Shown: in pieces, positions 1 to 10,824 of the stretch | Position numbering within the stretch: the first letter of the stretch is position 1 | Layout of the letters: each line of letters begins with the position of its first letter | Source: Alphaproteobacteria bacterium | GTDB taxonomy: Bacteria > Pseudomonadota > Alphaproteobacteria > UBA6615 | NCBI GenBank assembly: GCA_965261975.1 | Contig: CBDHEC010000018.1 | Coordinates: forward strand, 9,142-73,141 | Reading direction: 5' to 3' | Length of the DNA stretch: 64,000 nucleotides | Translations under genes and position numbers: made by a program | Notes under the pieces: generated by a model | Seen by the model: only the letters and a program-made list of their open reading frames with translations | What the model was told of the DNA's origin: nothing | Databases searched by the model: none

Positions 1-303
1 GAATATCGCGATCTCCTCGACCCCGGCCGCCGTTGCACCTTCCAGGCCCCGCATGTTGGGCACGAGCACGGGATAGCGCGTCCCCGGCCGCCTCTGAATG
101 CCGGCGAGAACCTCGGCCGCATCGGCCATCTGCGGCACCCATTTCGGCGAGACGAACGCACCGGCCTCGACCGACGGTAACCCGGCCTCGGACAGCCGGT
201 CGATCAGCGCTATCTTGTCGGCCGTCGACACCATGCCCGGTTCCGCCTGCAGGCCATCGCGCGGCCCCACATCGACGATCTCCACCTTGTCCGGTCGTGC
301 CAT
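1..303 (-). CDS. liuE: Hydroxymethylglutaryl-CoA lyase, 5' part (runs off the left edge)
   Basis: Not in ORF track. Manual translation from ATG at 303 gives [21 protein letters not shown]...[16 protein letters not shown], with the HMGL GPRDGLQ and [10 protein letters not shown] motifs; directly downstream of the MCC alpha subunit. Confidence 0.93.
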   Translation of the reverse strand, partial: MARPDKVEIVDVGPRDGLQAEPGMVSTADKIALIDRLSEAGLPSVEAGAFVSPKWVPQMADAAEVLAGIQRRPGTRYPVLVPNMRGLEGATAAGVEEIAIF

Positions 304-304
304 C

Positions 305-2284
305 TCAGTCTTCCACGGGTTCGAGTTGCAACAATTCGGCCCCCTCGGCCACCTGATCTCCCTCGGCGAAGTATACCGACGCTACCCTGCCATCCCCCGG
401 CGCGGTGATTGCATGCTCCATTTTCATCGCTTCGAGGACCATCAGGGTCTGCCCGCGGCTCACCTGTTCGTCCGGCACAACCATCACCCGGGATACCTTG
501 CCCGGCATCGGGGCATTCAACCCGCCGGACGCGCCCGCGCGCTCCGATGCCTCGTCGACGGCGACAATGCGTTCCAGGCGTATTTGGGTGCCTTCCGCAA
601 CGGCGAAGAACACGCCGCCCGACGCATACGCCGTCCAGCCGTCACGGCCGGTTTCCAGGTCGACGGCATGGCCTTCCGGCGACGCCAGCAAGACCCGGTC
701 CCGTTCATGGACCACGCGAACAGACATCTCGTCATCACCGTCGCGAAACCGCAGGGTTTCCACGTTCTGGAGGTTCGCACGCCAGCTGTCCGACGACGCC
801 CAGGGAGAGTTCGCTTCGCCGCGTGCGCTGGCCTTGTCTCTCGCCTGTTGCCCGCGTTGCGCCAACAAACAGGCGACAATTGATGCGAGTGCGCCATCGG
901 GCACACCGTCACGTCCCGGGATGAGTAGGTCGCGATGCCTTTCGATGAATCCCGTGTCCACCTTGCCGTCGACGAATTCCGGATGCGTGACGGCCCGGCG
1001 CAGGAACGCCTGGTTGGTCACCGGCCCCACGCAAACGAGGTCGGCCAGCAATCCATCCAGCGCCGCGATCGCACCATCACGGTCGGCGCCATGGGCGATC
1101 ACCTTGGCAATCATCGGGTCATAGGAAACGGCGATATCGTCTCCCGACCGCACGCCGGTGTCGACGCGTACCGATGAACCCATCTCCGGCACCTCGAATG
1201 CGACCACATGGCCGGGTGCCGGCAGAAAGTCGCGGTCCGGGTCTTCCGCGTAGAGCCGGGCTTCGATCGCATGACCGTTCAGCACGATGTCCGACTGTGC
1301 CAGCGGCAGGGTTTCGCCGTCGGCGACGCGCAACTGCCATTCGACGAGATCCAGCCCTGTGACGAACTCGCTGACCGGATGCTCGACCTGAAGCCGTGTA
1401 TTCATCTCCATGAAATAGAACGGTCCATTGGCACCATCGGTGGTCGCATCGACTATGAATTCGACCGTGCCCGCACCCGAATAATCGATCACCTTCGCCG
1501 CCGCGACGGCGGCCGCGCCGATCTCCGCACGGCGCGCGTCCGTCATGCCCGGTGCGGGTGCTTCTTCCACGACCTTCTGGTAACGCCGCTGCAAGGAGCA
1601 ATCCCGCTCGAACAGGTGAACCACGTTGCCATGGTCGTCGCCGAAGACCTGGACCTCGATGTGACGGGGAATGGTCAGATACTTCTCGATCAGCACCCGA
1701 TCGTTGCCGAACGCCCCGCGTGCCTCGCGCTGGGCAGCAGCGAGGGCCTCGTCGAATTCGGCCGCGGTTTCGACGATCCGCATACCCCGACCGCCGCCGC
1801 CGGCGGATGCCTTGATCAGCACCGGAAACCCGATTTCCGCCGCCTTTGTCGCCAACACCGCCGGGTCCTGATCGGCGTCGTGATAGCCGGGGACCAATGG
1901 TACATCTGCCTGCGACATCACGTCCTTGGACGCGGCCTTGTCGCCCATCGCACGCATCGCCGCGGCACTCGGCCCGACCAGGCGAATTCCAGCCGCCGCA
2001 CAGGCATCCGCGAAGTCTGCATTCTCCGACAGAAAACCATAGCCCGGGTGGATCGCGTCGGCCCTGGTCTCCCGTGCAGCGTCGATCACCGCTTCGATAT
2101 TCAGATAACTCTCGGCCGCCGTGTCCGGGCCGACCCGCACCGCCTCGTCGGCCGCCGCCACATGCATCGCCTCCGCGTCGGTGTCGGAATAGATCGCGAT
2201 CACGTGGACACCCATGCGCCGCGCCGTGCGCGCCACTCGGACCGCGATTTCCCCGCGGTTGGCGATCAGCAGACGCTCGATCAT
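305..2284 (-). CDS. liuD: 3-methylcrotonyl-CoA carboxylase alpha subunit (biotin carboxylase + biotin carrier)
   Basis: [29 protein letters not shown] and the biotin-attachment motif EAMKM; liu context. Confidence 0.92.
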   Translation of the reverse strand: MIERLLIANRGEIAVRVARTARRMGVHVIAIYSDTDAEAMHVAAADEAVRVGPDTAAESYLNIEAVIDAARETRADAIHPGYGFLSENADFADACAAAGIRLVGPSAAAMRAMGDKAASKDVMSQADVPLVPGYHDADQDPAVLATKAAEIGFPVLIKASAGGGGRGMRIVETAAEFDEALAAAQREARGAFGNDRVLIEKYLTIPRHIEVQVFGDDHGNVVHLFERDCSLQRRYQKVVEEAPAPGMTDARRAEIGAAAVAAAKVIDYSGAGTVEFIVDATTDGANGPFYFMEMNTRLQVEHPVSEFVTGLDLVEWQLRVADGETLPLAQSDIVLNGHAIEARLYAEDPDRDFLPAPGHVVAFEVPEMGSSVRVDTGVRSGDDIAVSYDPMIAKVIAHGADRDGAIAALDGLLADLVCVGPVTNQAFLRRAVTHPEFVDGKVDTGFIERHRDLLIPGRDGVPDGALASIVACLLAQRGQQARDKASARGEANSPWASSDSWRANLQNVETLRFRDGDDEMSVRVVHERDRVLLASPEGHAVDLETGRDGWTAYASGGVFFAVAEGTQIRLERIVAVDEASERAGASGGLNAPMPGKVSRVMVVPDEQVSRGQTLMVLEAMKMEHAITAPGDGRVASVYFAEGDQVAEGAELLQLEPVED

Positions 2285-3231
2285 TCATCGGCTCCAGGTT
2301 TACGGTCGGCCTCGCGGACGTAGCGCATAATCTCCGCGAACCCGAACAGGAACAGCAGGATACCGAGCATCACCTCGATCGCCGCGACGACCCGCACCGC
2401 CTCGCCCGCCGGCGTGATGTCGCCATAGCCGACGGTGGACATGGTGATGAGCGAAAAATACAGCCCATCGGAGAAGCTGATCGCGGACCGCGCGCCCTCG
2501 ACGAAGAAAATCGGTTCGGATGCAAGCCGGTCCATGATCCGGAAGATCATCGCAAACACAATTACGATGAACGAATAGAGGGTAAAAAAGGCAAATGCCG
2601 GACGGAACAATCGACCGGTGCGCACGAAGAACTGGTCGAACAGCAGTCCGGTATCAATCAGGAACAGGCAAATTTGCCGACTGACCGCGGCCACGAGGAC
2701 AGCAATGACCGCCATCGATCCCACGAGCACAAGGCTGATCGCGCCCCCATCAAGATCGAGACGCGGCAGCGCAAATGTCGCCGCAGCGATCGCAAAGACC
2801 GGAACGGTCCAGAGAAACTTCCGGGCGGACAGATGCGCGCGGCGCAACTCCTCAACCCGGGAAAGTTGGTGGATATCGTTTCGCTTCATGGCGACGGCGG
2901 CCATGAAAACAAGGATCGGCGAGAGATAGCCGACGGCAATCGCCCAAGGTGCTGCACCTACGAAATTGGTCAGCTGCAGGAACGAGTAGACACTAGTATA
3001 GATCGCCAGCGAGTTCACAAAGGCGAGCACGAAAAAGCGGCTACCGGGAAACATCCAGAGGAACAGGCCGGAAGCCCCGAAAACGGCGCCGAGAATGATG
3101 ATGGTCAGCAAGCCGAAGAAATCGGTTACCCCCACCGCAACCAGCAGCACGATAAGGGCGGAAAACCCGACCGCCCCCAGCCAACCCTGGTGACTGATAC
3201 CGACGCTCACGCTTTTGTCGTCGTCCGCCAT
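2281..3231 (-). CDS. Potassium channel family protein (multi-TM N-terminus, C-terminal 2-TM pore domain)
   Basis: Pore helix and filter YFSLITMSTVGYGDITP; several hydrophobic segments; 4-nt overlap with liuD and 25-nt overlap with liuC. Confidence 0.85.
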   Translation of the reverse strand: MADDDKSVSVGISHQGWLGAVGFSALIVLLVAVGVTDFFGLLTIIILGAVFGASGLFLWMFPGSRFFVLAFVNSLAIYTSVYSFLQLTNFVGAAPWAIAVGYLSPILVFMAAVAMKRNDIHQLSRVEELRRAHLSARKFLWTVPVFAIAAATFALPRLDLDGGAISLVLVGSMAVIAVLVAAVSRQICLFLIDTGLLFDQFFVRTGRLFRPAFAFFTLYSFIVIVFAMIFRIMDRLASEPIFFVEGARSAISFSDGLYFSLITMSTVGYGDITPAGEAVRVVAAIEVMLGILLFLFGFAEIMRYVREADRKPGADE

Positions 3232-4004
3232 TTCGGCCCCCGCTTTTCCAGAAAGGCTTGCACGCCTTCGCGACCCTCGTCGGTCGCACGGATATCGGCA
3301 ATCCGCTGCGCGGTATTCTCGACCATCGCGTCATCGACAGCCCCGGACGCGACCCGGCGGATCAGGTCCTTGGACGCCGCCATCGCCGCCGGCCCATTGT
3401 CGAGCAGGACATTGATCAGTTCGTCCAGCCGCCCGTCGAGCCGCTCTTGCGGCACCACCTCGTGCACCAGCCCGAGTGCGAGCGCCGTCTCGGCGTCAAA
3501 CCGTTCGGCCGTCTGGAAGTATCGCCGCGCGGCCCGCGCGCCGATCGCCTCAACCACATAAGGGCTGATGACCGACGGTATCAGGCCCAGCCGCGCCTCC
3601 GACAGACAGAAACTCGCGGCCTGGGAGGCCAGCGCAATATCGCAGGCCGCCACCAGTCCAACCCCGCCGCCGAATGCGGCCCCCTGGACCCGCGCGATCG
3701 TCGGCCGCGGCAGTTCGTTGAGAACCCGGACCATATCCGCGAGCTTGCGCGCGTCTTCAAGATTCTCGGCGTCGGAATAGTCGGCCATGCGTTGCATCCA
3801 GCCCAGATCGGCGCCGGCAGAGAAGCTCTTGCCCTCGCCCTCCAGCACGACCACCCGCACCGCATCATCCTGCCCGGCGGCCTCGAACGCCGCCGACAGA
3901 TCAGCGATCAGCCCGTCGTCGAACGCGTTGTGTTTCTCGGGTCGCGCCATGGTGATCCGGCCGACCCCGCCCGACACATCCAGTCTGATTGCGTCATCAC
4001 TCAT
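3207..4004 (-). CDS. liuC: Methylglutaconyl-CoA hydratase (enoyl-CoA hydratase family)
   Basis: FSAGADL, AFGGGVGL and SEARLGLIP crotonase motifs; start reassigned to ATG 4004, just after the liuB stop. Confidence 0.9.
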   Translation of the reverse strand: MSDDAIRLDVSGGVGRITMARPEKHNAFDDGLIADLSAAFEAAGQDDAVRVVVLEGEGKSFSAGADLGWMQRMADYSDAENLEDARKLADMVRVLNELPRPTIARVQGAAFGGGVGLVAACDIALASQAASFCLSEARLGLIPSVISPYVVEAIGARAARRYFQTAERFDAETALALGLVHEVVPQERLDGRLDELINVLLDNGPAAMAASKDLIRRVASGAVDDAMVENTAQRIADIRATDEGREGVQAFLEKRGPKWRTTTKA

Positions 4005-4006
4005 CG

Positions 4007-5614
4007 CTACATCCTGAACACGCCGAAGCGTGTCTCTTCTACCGGCGCATTCAAGGACGCGGACAATCCCAACCCGAGCACCCGGCGCGTATCCGCCGGG
4101 TCGATGATCCCGTCGTCCCACAATCGCGCGCTGGCATAATAGGGGTGTCCCTGGGTTTCATACTGTTCCTCGATGGGGCGCTTGAATTCCGCCTCATCCT
4201 CTTCGGTCCAGGTCTCGCCCCGGCCCTCGATATTGTCGCGCGTCACCTGGGCCAGCACGTTCGCGGCCTGGGGGCCGCCCATCACCGAAATCCGCGCATT
4301 CGGCCACATCCAGAGGAACCGCGGGCTGTAGGCGCGCCCACACATGCCGTAGTTCCCGGCCCCGAAGCTGCCGCCGATGATGACGGTGAGCTTCGGCACG
4401 TTGGCGCAGGCGACCGCCATGACCATCTTCGCGCCGGCCTTGGCGATGCCGCCGGCCTCGTATTTCTGCCCGACCATGAAGCCGGAGATATTCTGCAGAA
4501 AGACCAGCGGAATGCCGCGCTGGCTGCACAGCTCGATGAAGTGCGCACCCTTCTGGGCCGATTCCGAAAACAGGATGCCGTTGTTGGCAATGATGCCCAC
4601 CGGGTAGCCATGAATATGCGCCACGCCCGTCACAAGCGTCTCACCATAGCGCGCCTTGAATTCGTCGAACTCGCTGCCGTCGACGATCCGCGCGATCACC
4701 TCGCGCACATCATAGGGCTTGCGGATGTCGGCATTCACCACGCCGTACAATTCCTCGGCCGCGTAAAGCGGGTCGCGCGGCGCGGCCAGCTCCAGGCCCA
4801 CATGCTTGGGCCGGTTCAGGTTGGCCACGATCTGGCGCACCTGCGACAGGGCGTGGGTGTCGTCCTCGGCCAGATGATCGGCCACGCCGCTGATGCGCGT
4901 ATGTACATCCGCACCCCCCAGATCCTCGGCCGAGACGATCTCCCCCGTCGCCGCCTTCACCAGCGGTGGCCCGGCCAGGAAGATCGTGCCCTGATCCTTG
5001 ACGATGATCGCCTCGTCCGACATCGCCGGCACATAGGCGCCGCCCGCCGTGCACGAGCCCATTACCGCCGCGATCTGCGGAATGCCCGCGGACGACATAG
5101 TCGCCTGATTGTAGAAAATCCGGCCGAAATGCTCCCGGTCAGGAAACACGTCATCCTGCTGGGGCAGGTTCGCACCACCCGAATCCACCAGGTAGATGCA
5201 CGGCAGGTTATTCTCGCGCGCGATCTCCTGGGCCCGCAGATGCTTCTTCACGGTGATCGGAAAATAGGTCCCGCCCTTGACCGTCGCGTCGTTGGCCACG
5301 ATCACGCATTCGCGGCCCGACACCCGGCCGATGCCCGTCAGGATTCCGCCCGCGGGCACCACATCCTCGTACATCTCCCACCCGGCGAACTGGGAGAACT
5401 CCATGAAGGGCGCACCCTCGTCCAGCAGGGTGTTGATCCGGTCACGGGGTAACAGCTTGCCCCGGCCAAGATGCCGCGCGCGGGATTTCTCGCCGCCGCC
5501 TTGCTCGATCTGCCCGACTTTCTCGCGCAGATCGCCGACGACCGCGTCCATCGCCGCCGTATTTTCCGCGAACAGCTCGGATTTCGTATCGAGGCTGGAT
5601 TTCAAAACGGTCAT
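4007..5614 (-). CDS. liuB: 3-methylcrotonyl-CoA carboxylase beta subunit (carboxyltransferase)
   Basis: [32 protein letters not shown] and [11 protein letters not shown] motifs. Confidence 0.95.
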   Translation of the reverse strand: MTVLKSSLDTKSELFAENTAAMDAVVGDLREKVGQIEQGGGEKSRARHLGRGKLLPRDRINTLLDEGAPFMEFSQFAGWEMYEDVVPAGGILTGIGRVSGRECVIVANDATVKGGTYFPITVKKHLRAQEIARENNLPCIYLVDSGGANLPQQDDVFPDREHFGRIFYNQATMSSAGIPQIAAVMGSCTAGGAYVPAMSDEAIIVKDQGTIFLAGPPLVKAATGEIVSAEDLGGADVHTRISGVADHLAEDDTHALSQVRQIVANLNRPKHVGLELAAPRDPLYAAEELYGVVNADIRKPYDVREVIARIVDGSEFDEFKARYGETLVTGVAHIHGYPVGIIANNGILFSESAQKGAHFIELCSQRGIPLVFLQNISGFMVGQKYEAGGIAKAGAKMVMAVACANVPKLTVIIGGSFGAGNYGMCGRAYSPRFLWMWPNARISVMGGPQAANVLAQVTRDNIEGRGETWTEEDEAEFKRPIEEQYETQGHPYYASARLWDDGIIDPADTRRVLGLGLSASLNAPVEETRFGVFRM

Positions 5615-5682
5615 GCTAAACGGCTCCGGGTTGCGGCGAAGGCCCCCTTCAGTGAGAGGCTAGCTGTGGTAGAAACGCGGCA

Positions 5683-6648
5683 ATGAGCAATCTGCCGACC
5701 AAATCCGAGATCGAATCCGCCGCCGAGACGGTCTATGCGGGCATGGCGCCAACCCCGCAATATGCGTGGCCCCTGCTGGCCGCGGCGAGCGGCACGAATG
5801 TCTGGGTGAAGCATGAGAACCACACGCCCACCGGCGCCTTCAAGGTGCGCGGCGGGTTGGTGCACATGGCCAACCTGCGCGCCCGAAACCCCGGCATTCG
5901 CGGTGTCATCGCCGCCACGCGCGGCAACCACGGACAATCCATCGCCTACGGCGCACGGGCCAACGGCATCGACGCGGTCATCGTCGTACCCGAGGGCAAC
6001 TCGGCCGAAAAGAACGCCGCCATGCAGGCCTTCGGCGCGGAACTCGTCGTTCACGGCCACGACTTTCAGGCCGCGCTCGAATTTGCCGAGGGGCTGGCCG
6101 GCGAACGCGGCCTCGAGATGATCCCGTCCTTCGCCGTCGAACTCGCCCACGGCGTGGCGACCTACGGCATGGAACTGCTGACGGCCGCGCCGGAGATCGA
6201 AACCCTCTATGTCCCGATCGGTCTCGGGTCCGGAATCACCGGCTGCATTGCCGCGCGGGAAGCGCTCGGCCTGAAAACCGAGATCGTCGGCGTGGTTGCG
6301 GAGAACGCGCCGGCATATGCGCTGTCCTTCGCCAAGGGCGAGGCCGTGTCGACCAACAGCGCCGACACCTTTGCCGACGGGCTTGCCTGCCGGGTGCCGG
6401 CCGCCGACGCGGTACCCATCATCTGTGAACATGCCGCCCGGGTGATCACCGTCAGCGAGGACGAGATCCGGGCCGCGATCCGGCTCTATTTCAGCGCCAC
6501 CCACAACCTGGTTGAAGGCGCAGGTGCGGCGGCGCTCGCCGCGCTCATGCAGGAGCGCACCATCATGGCCGGGAAGACCGTGGGCGTCGTGCTGTCGGGC
6601 GGGAATATCGACCGCGCGCTCTACCAAGAGATCATCTCCTCCGACTAG
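5683..6648 (+). CDS. PLP-dependent threonine/serine dehydratase family protein
   Basis: KHENHTPTGAFKVRGG (PLP lysine), TRGNHG, PIGLGSG and LSGGN motifs. Confidence 0.88.
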   Translation: MSNLPTKSEIESAAETVYAGMAPTPQYAWPLLAAASGTNVWVKHENHTPTGAFKVRGGLVHMANLRARNPGIRGVIAATRGNHGQSIAYGARANGIDAVIVVPEGNSAEKNAAMQAFGAELVVHGHDFQAALEFAEGLAGERGLEMIPSFAVELAHGVATYGMELLTAAPEIETLYVPIGLGSGITGCIAAREALGLKTEIVGVVAENAPAYALSFAKGEAVSTNSADTFADGLACRVPAADAVPIICEHAARVITVSEDEIRAAIRLYFSATHNLVEGAGAAALAALMQERTIMAGKTVGVVLSGGNIDRALYQEIISSD

Positions 6649-6654
6649 ATCGAC

Positions 6655-7254
6655 TTACCAGCCGCCCGTCTCGAGCCAGCGCTCGACCATATCGAGCCGG
6701 TCCGCACCCCAGAAAGCCTCGCCGTCGACCACCATGAAGGGCGAACCGAAGATCTCCCGCGAGATGGCGTCATCGGTCACGGTCTTGAGTTGCTCCTTCA
6801 CGGCCGCGTCCTGGAGACCGGCGGCCAGCGCTTCGGCATCGAAGCCCGCCTTCGCCGCGATCGCGACGACCGCGTCGGGCGCCGCAATGTCCTGGCCTTC
6901 GCCCAGCGCGGCGTTGTAGAGCGCCAGCGTCATCTCCGCCGCCTTGCCGTCACCCTTCGCCCAGTAAACCGCCCGCGACGCGGCCACCGGCGAGAACGGG
7001 AAATCCTCAGGCGGGTTGTAGGTGACCCCGTGAAACCGCGCAGATCGGGCGAAATCATGGCGCGCATAGTCGCCCTTCATGGGCACATGGGGCAGCGGCT
7101 GCGCGCCTGTCACCTTGAAGACGGCGCCCAGCAGAAATGGTTTCCAATCAACGGTGCGGCCATGCTTCGCCGCCAGTTCGCCGATCTTGTGGGCCGCGAT
7201 GTAGCCGTACGGGCTGTTGAAGTCATAAAAGAACTCGATTGGTTCACCGGACAT
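6655..7254 (-). CDS. 2-hydroxychromene-2-carboxylate isomerase / GST-kappa (DsbA-fold) family protein
   Basis: FFYDFNSPYGY N-terminus and GSPFMVVDGEAFWGADR C-terminus. Confidence 0.85.
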   Translation of the reverse strand: MSGEPIEFFYDFNSPYGYIAAHKIGELAAKHGRTVDWKPFLLGAVFKVTGAQPLPHVPMKGDYARHDFARSARFHGVTYNPPEDFPFSPVAASRAVYWAKGDGKAAEMTLALYNAALGEGQDIAAPDAVVAIAAKAGFDAEALAAGLQDAAVKEQLKTVTDDAISREIFGSPFMVVDGEAFWGADRLDMVERWLETGGW

Positions 7255-7287
7255 TTTCCATTCCCCCTCTTTCTTGTTCTGGTTGCT

Positions 7288-8424
7288 TCAGGCCACCGCG
7301 ATGTCGCGGCCGATGATCAGCCGCTGGATATCGCTGGTGCCTTCATAGATTTTCGTAACCCGGACATCGCGATAGATGCGTTCCACCGGGAAGTCCTGCA
7401 GGTAGCCGTAGCCGCCATGAATCTGGATGGCATCCGAGCAGACTTCCTCGGCGATCTCCGACGCGTAGAGCTTCGCCATCGCCGCCTCGGTCAGGCAAGG
7501 CTCGCCCGCATCGCGCAACCGCGCGGCGTTATGAGTGAGCTGGCGCGCCGCCTCGAGCTTGGTGCGCATATCAGCCAACCGGAACGTCACCGCCTGATGC
7601 TCGATGATGGCCTGGCCGAAGGTCTCGCGTTCCTTCGCATAGGCCAGCGCGTGTTCGTAGGCAGCCCGTGCCATACCGATCGCCTGGGCGGCGATGCCGA
7701 TGCGGCCGCCCTCCAGGTTCGACAGCGCAATCCGGTACCCCTCGCCTTCCTCTCCCAGCAGGAGATCGGGGGTCAGCTCCATGTCGTCGAAGACGAGCTG
7801 GCAGGTATCGGATGCGCGCTGGCCCATCTTCGCCTCGACCGACGCGACCCGGTAGCCCGGCGTGTCCGTCGGAACGACGAAGGCGCTCATGCCCTTGCCG
7901 CCGGCCTCGGGGTCGGTCTTGGCGAACACGATCGCAATATCGGCGTTCTTGCCCGAGGTGATGAATTGCTTCGTGCCGTTGAGCACGTATTTGTTGCCGC
8001 GCTTCTCCGCCCGAGTGCGAATGGCCCCGGCATCCGACCCCGCACCCGGCTCGGTGAGCGCGAACGCGCCGAGCATCTCACCCGCCGCCAGCGGGCGCAG
8101 GAACCGCTCCTTCTGCTCTTCGCTGCCGAAGTTCAGGACGGGCAGACAGGCGACGGAATTATGCACCGCCATGATGGTTGAGCATGCGCCGTCGCCCGCT
8201 GCGATCTCCTCAAGTGCCAGCGCGTGAGTAAGCGTGTCGGCACCCGCGCCGCCCCAATCCTCGGGCACGACCATGCCCAGCAGACCCAGCTCGGCCATGC
8301 CGGTTACGGCTTCTTCGGGATATCGGGACTCCCGGTCCCAAGCCGCAGCATTCGGCGCGAGCTGCTCGGCCGCAAAGCTCCGCGCCATATCGCGGATCAT
8401 GACCTGTTCGTCAGTCAGCGGCAT
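7288..8424 (-). CDS. Short/branched-chain acyl-CoA dehydrogenase
   Basis: [26 protein letters not shown] and [10 protein letters not shown] motifs. Confidence 0.92.
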   Translation of the reverse strand: MPLTDEQVMIRDMARSFAAEQLAPNAAAWDRESRYPEEAVTGMAELGLLGMVVPEDWGGAGADTLTHALALEEIAAGDGACSTIMAVHNSVACLPVLNFGSEEQKERFLRPLAAGEMLGAFALTEPGAGSDAGAIRTRAEKRGNKYVLNGTKQFITSGKNADIAIVFAKTDPEAGGKGMSAFVVPTDTPGYRVASVEAKMGQRASDTCQLVFDDMELTPDLLLGEEGEGYRIALSNLEGGRIGIAAQAIGMARAAYEHALAYAKERETFGQAIIEHQAVTFRLADMRTKLEAARQLTHNAARLRDAGEPCLTEAAMAKLYASEIAEEVCSDAIQIHGGYGYLQDFPVERIYRDVRVTKIYEGTSDIQRLIIGRDIAVA

Positions 8425-9067
8425 TGATCGTTGTCTCTCCCGCCACGAGTTCCGTCATCCCATCACCTTCCGGATCGATGCTGCACAGCCGACCGGCCTG
8501 CAGATCGACCCACCAGCCGTGCAGATGCAGCTCGCCAGCCTCCACCTTCTCCGCAACCCAGGGGAAACTCATCAGATTGCGCAATGACACCCTGATGCCG
8601 GCATGCTCCACGGTTTCCTGGTCCGGCACATTGCCGTCGGCGTCGCATGGGCAGGCATCCGCCGCAATCTGCATCCAGGGCGCGATGAAATCGCGCGGTA
8701 ATTCCTCGCCCGCGCTGGTGGCACGAAGCGCCCCGATGCCGCCGCAGGCCGAATGCCCGAGAATGACGACATGGCGAACGCCCAGGTCGCGCACGGCAAA
8801 CTCCATCGCCGCACTCGTTCCATGGGGGTGTCCGTCCGGGCCGTAGGGCGGCACCAGGTTCGCGACGTTGCGCACCACGAACAATTCGCCCGGCTCGCTG
8901 TCGAACAACAGGGCCGGATCGATGCGTGAATCCGCGCATGCGATGACCAACACATCCGGCGACTGCCCGTGCACCGCCAACTCGTGCATGCGCTCTGGGC
9001 GCTGCTCATAATACCGGGCGCGAAACCCCCGATATCCCGCGACCAAACGTTGAACTGCCTCTACCAC
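8411..9067 (-). CDS. Beta-class carbonic anhydrase
   Basis: CADSR and GHSACGG Zn ligands, RNVANLVPP; start reassigned to GTG 9067, preceded by AAGGAGG. Confidence 0.92.
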   Translation of the reverse strand: MVEAVQRLVAGYRGFRARYYEQRPERMHELAVHGQSPDVLVIACADSRIDPALLFDSEPGELFVVRNVANLVPPYGPDGHPHGTSAAMEFAVRDLGVRHVVILGHSACGGIGALRATSAGEELPRDFIAPWMQIAADACPCDADGNVPDQETVEHAGIRVSLRNLMSFPWVAEKVEAGELHLHGWWVDLQAGRLCSIDPEGDGMTELVAGETTINAAD

Positions 9068-9729
9068 GCGACCTCCTTGCCTCGATAATCCAGAAACCGG
9101 CCGCTGTCCGTCGCGGACAGGCTGGCCAATACGTTGCGAATACCGCGTACGCTCTCTTCGGGTGATAGCGACGCATAGCTGCCGGTCATGTCCGTACGCA
9201 CATAACCGGGATGCAGCGCGACCGCGGTTACCCCCCGTGCCCGCCATTCGGGCTCATTCGCGCGGAACCGTTTGTTGAGTTCACCCTTGGAATCTCCATA
9301 CAGGTCCTGGCTTCCCCCGCGTGGCTTGCCCGAACCCTGGACGCTCGACATCACGGCCACCTTCCGCTCACGGCTGGCAACGACACTGTCGAGCAGGGCC
9401 GCAACCGTGGCGATTGGCGCTTCGGCGTTGATCCGCATGGAGAGCGCGGTCGTTTCCGCGTCGCCCGCACCCCGCCCGGCGTTGATACCGGCATTGTGAA
9501 TCAGAATATCGATCGCCTCGTCGGACAACGCATCGGCCAGCTCCGCGATCTGATCGTCCTCGACCACATCGAGCGGGTACAGGTTCACGTCCCCATCGAT
9601 GTCAGCCAGCGCGCCGGGCGCATCCGGCGTGCGGGTGGTCGCGAGCACCCGGCACCCATCGCCCGCATACTGGCGCGCGAGTTCAAGCCCGATTCCCCGG
9701 CTCGCACCGATCACCGCGACGGTGGTCAT
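9061..9729 (-). CDS. Short-chain dehydrogenase, CsgA/C-factor-like
   Basis: GASRGIG, HNAG, YGDSK and HPGYVRTDM motifs. Confidence 0.87.
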   Translation of the reverse strand: MTTVAVIGASRGIGLELARQYAGDGCRVLATTRTPDAPGALADIDGDVNLYPLDVVEDDQIAELADALSDEAIDILIHNAGINAGRGAGDAETTALSMRINAEAPIATVAALLDSVVASRERKVAVMSSVQGSGKPRGGSQDLYGDSKGELNKRFRANEPEWRARGVTAVALHPGYVRTDMTGSYASLSPEESVRGIRNVLASLSATDSGRFLDYRGKEVAW

Positions 9730-9757
9730 GTCCGCACCTGCCAGTTCGCCCCGTTGC

Positions 9758-10411
9758 TCACCATGGATGCTCCGCGCCCGTCCAGGTCAGGAACTTGCCG
9801 CTGTCAGCGGGTGATAAATCGGCGATCACGCGACGCATGCCGCTCACGCTCTCATCGATACTGACCGACGCACTGCGCCCGCCCATGTCGGTCGCCACCC
9901 AGCCCGGGTGGAAGACGACGGACGTAACACCCGCATCGCGCCAAACCGGTTCGGCCTCACGAAACCTGTCGTTGAGGATGCACTTGGACTCTCCGTAAAG
10001 ATCCGTCGGGATGCCGCCGCCGTGACGGGCCCCCATCTGGCTCGTCAGGACCGCGATCTTCTTTTCGTCACTGCGGGCCACCGCATCGAACAGCGCAGCA
10101 ACGATATTGAGCGGCGCGTCGGCGTTTACCGCCATCATCTCAGCCCGATCAACACCGCGCAGGACCCCGGCGCTGTTGATCAGATGATCGATAGCGCGAT
10201 CCGTAAAAAACCCGGCCAGCGCCGCGATCTGGTCTGCATTCCTTACATCCAGCCCATGGATGGTCACGTCGCCACCAATATCGCCCAATTCTCCGGGGCT
10301 TTCAGGCGTCCGCGTCGTCGCGTGGACCGTCCAACCGTCCTCGGCATAGGCCTGCGCAAACCCAAGACCAATGCCCCGGCTCGCGCCGATGATCACGACC
10401 GACGGCATCAC
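9758..10411 (-). CDS. Short-chain dehydrogenase, CsgA/C-factor-like (tandem paralog)
   Basis: GASRGIG, YGESK and HPGWVATDMGG; colinear with the neighbouring SDR. Confidence 0.87.
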   Translation of the reverse strand: MMPSVVIIGASRGIGLGFAQAYAEDGWTVHATTRTPESPGELGDIGGDVTIHGLDVRNADQIAALAGFFTDRAIDHLINSAGVLRGVDRAEMMAVNADAPLNIVAALFDAVARSDEKKIAVLTSQMGARHGGGIPTDLYGESKCILNDRFREAEPVWRDAGVTSVVFHPGWVATDMGGRSASVSIDESVSGMRRVIADLSPADSGKFLTWTGAEHPW

Positions 10412-10824
10412 TCGTTTCCCTTGCCGGAACTGCGGTTGCGGTTCGGGTTGGGCCGCCGCGCGGTGGCCTCAATCTCGATTTTGATACGCGGGTCAACGAG
10501 CTGTGCGATCAGTGCCGTCGCCGCGGGCGGGTTGGGTCCGAGATATTGCTTGAACACAGGCATCAGCGCTTCGTAGTCGTCCGCGTCGGCGATGTAGTAG
10601 GTCACGCGCACCAGATCGGCGAAGGAGACCCGCGCCGCGGCCAATGTGCGCGCGATGTTGCCGAAGGCCTGGTGGGCCTGCTCGACCACATCTTCGGAGA
10701 TGGTCATCGTCTCATAGTCGAAGCCGGTCGTGCCCGAGACATGGACATAATCGTCGTCGACGACCGCGCGGGAATAGCCGACGGCCTTCTCGAATTCGGA
10801 ATTGGTGGAAATGCGGCGCATCAC
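10408..10824 (-). CDS. Rid (YjgF/UK114) family protein
   Basis: [14 protein letters not shown] and KIEIEATA motifs; PAAT in place of the RidA PAR motif. Confidence 0.85.
   Translation of the reverse strand: MMRRISTNSEFEKAVGYSRAVVDDDYVHVSGTTGFDYETMTISEDVVEQAHQAFGNIARTLAAARVSFADLVRVTYYIADADDYEALMPVFKQYLGPNPPAATALIAQLVDPRIKIEIEATARRPNPNRNRSSGKGNE

Noticed and set aside
1846-3561. Long opposite-strand ORFs (571 aa here; also 3989-5452, 10644-12248, 24089-25618, 34678-36330 and 37740-39590)
   Set aside because: They are shadow frames antisense to well-supported genes, expected in high-GC DNA, and show no recognisable motifs.
6655-7254. HCCA isomerase as evidence of naphthalene degradation
   Set aside because: This GST-kappa family is widespread, and no nah dioxygenase genes are nearby.
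10408-10824. Rid protein as the enamine/imine deaminase partner of the nearby Ser/Thr dehydratase
   Set aside because: It has PAAT where RidA has the catalytic Arg (PAR), so it looks like an Arg-less Rid subfamily; the coupling is unsupported.
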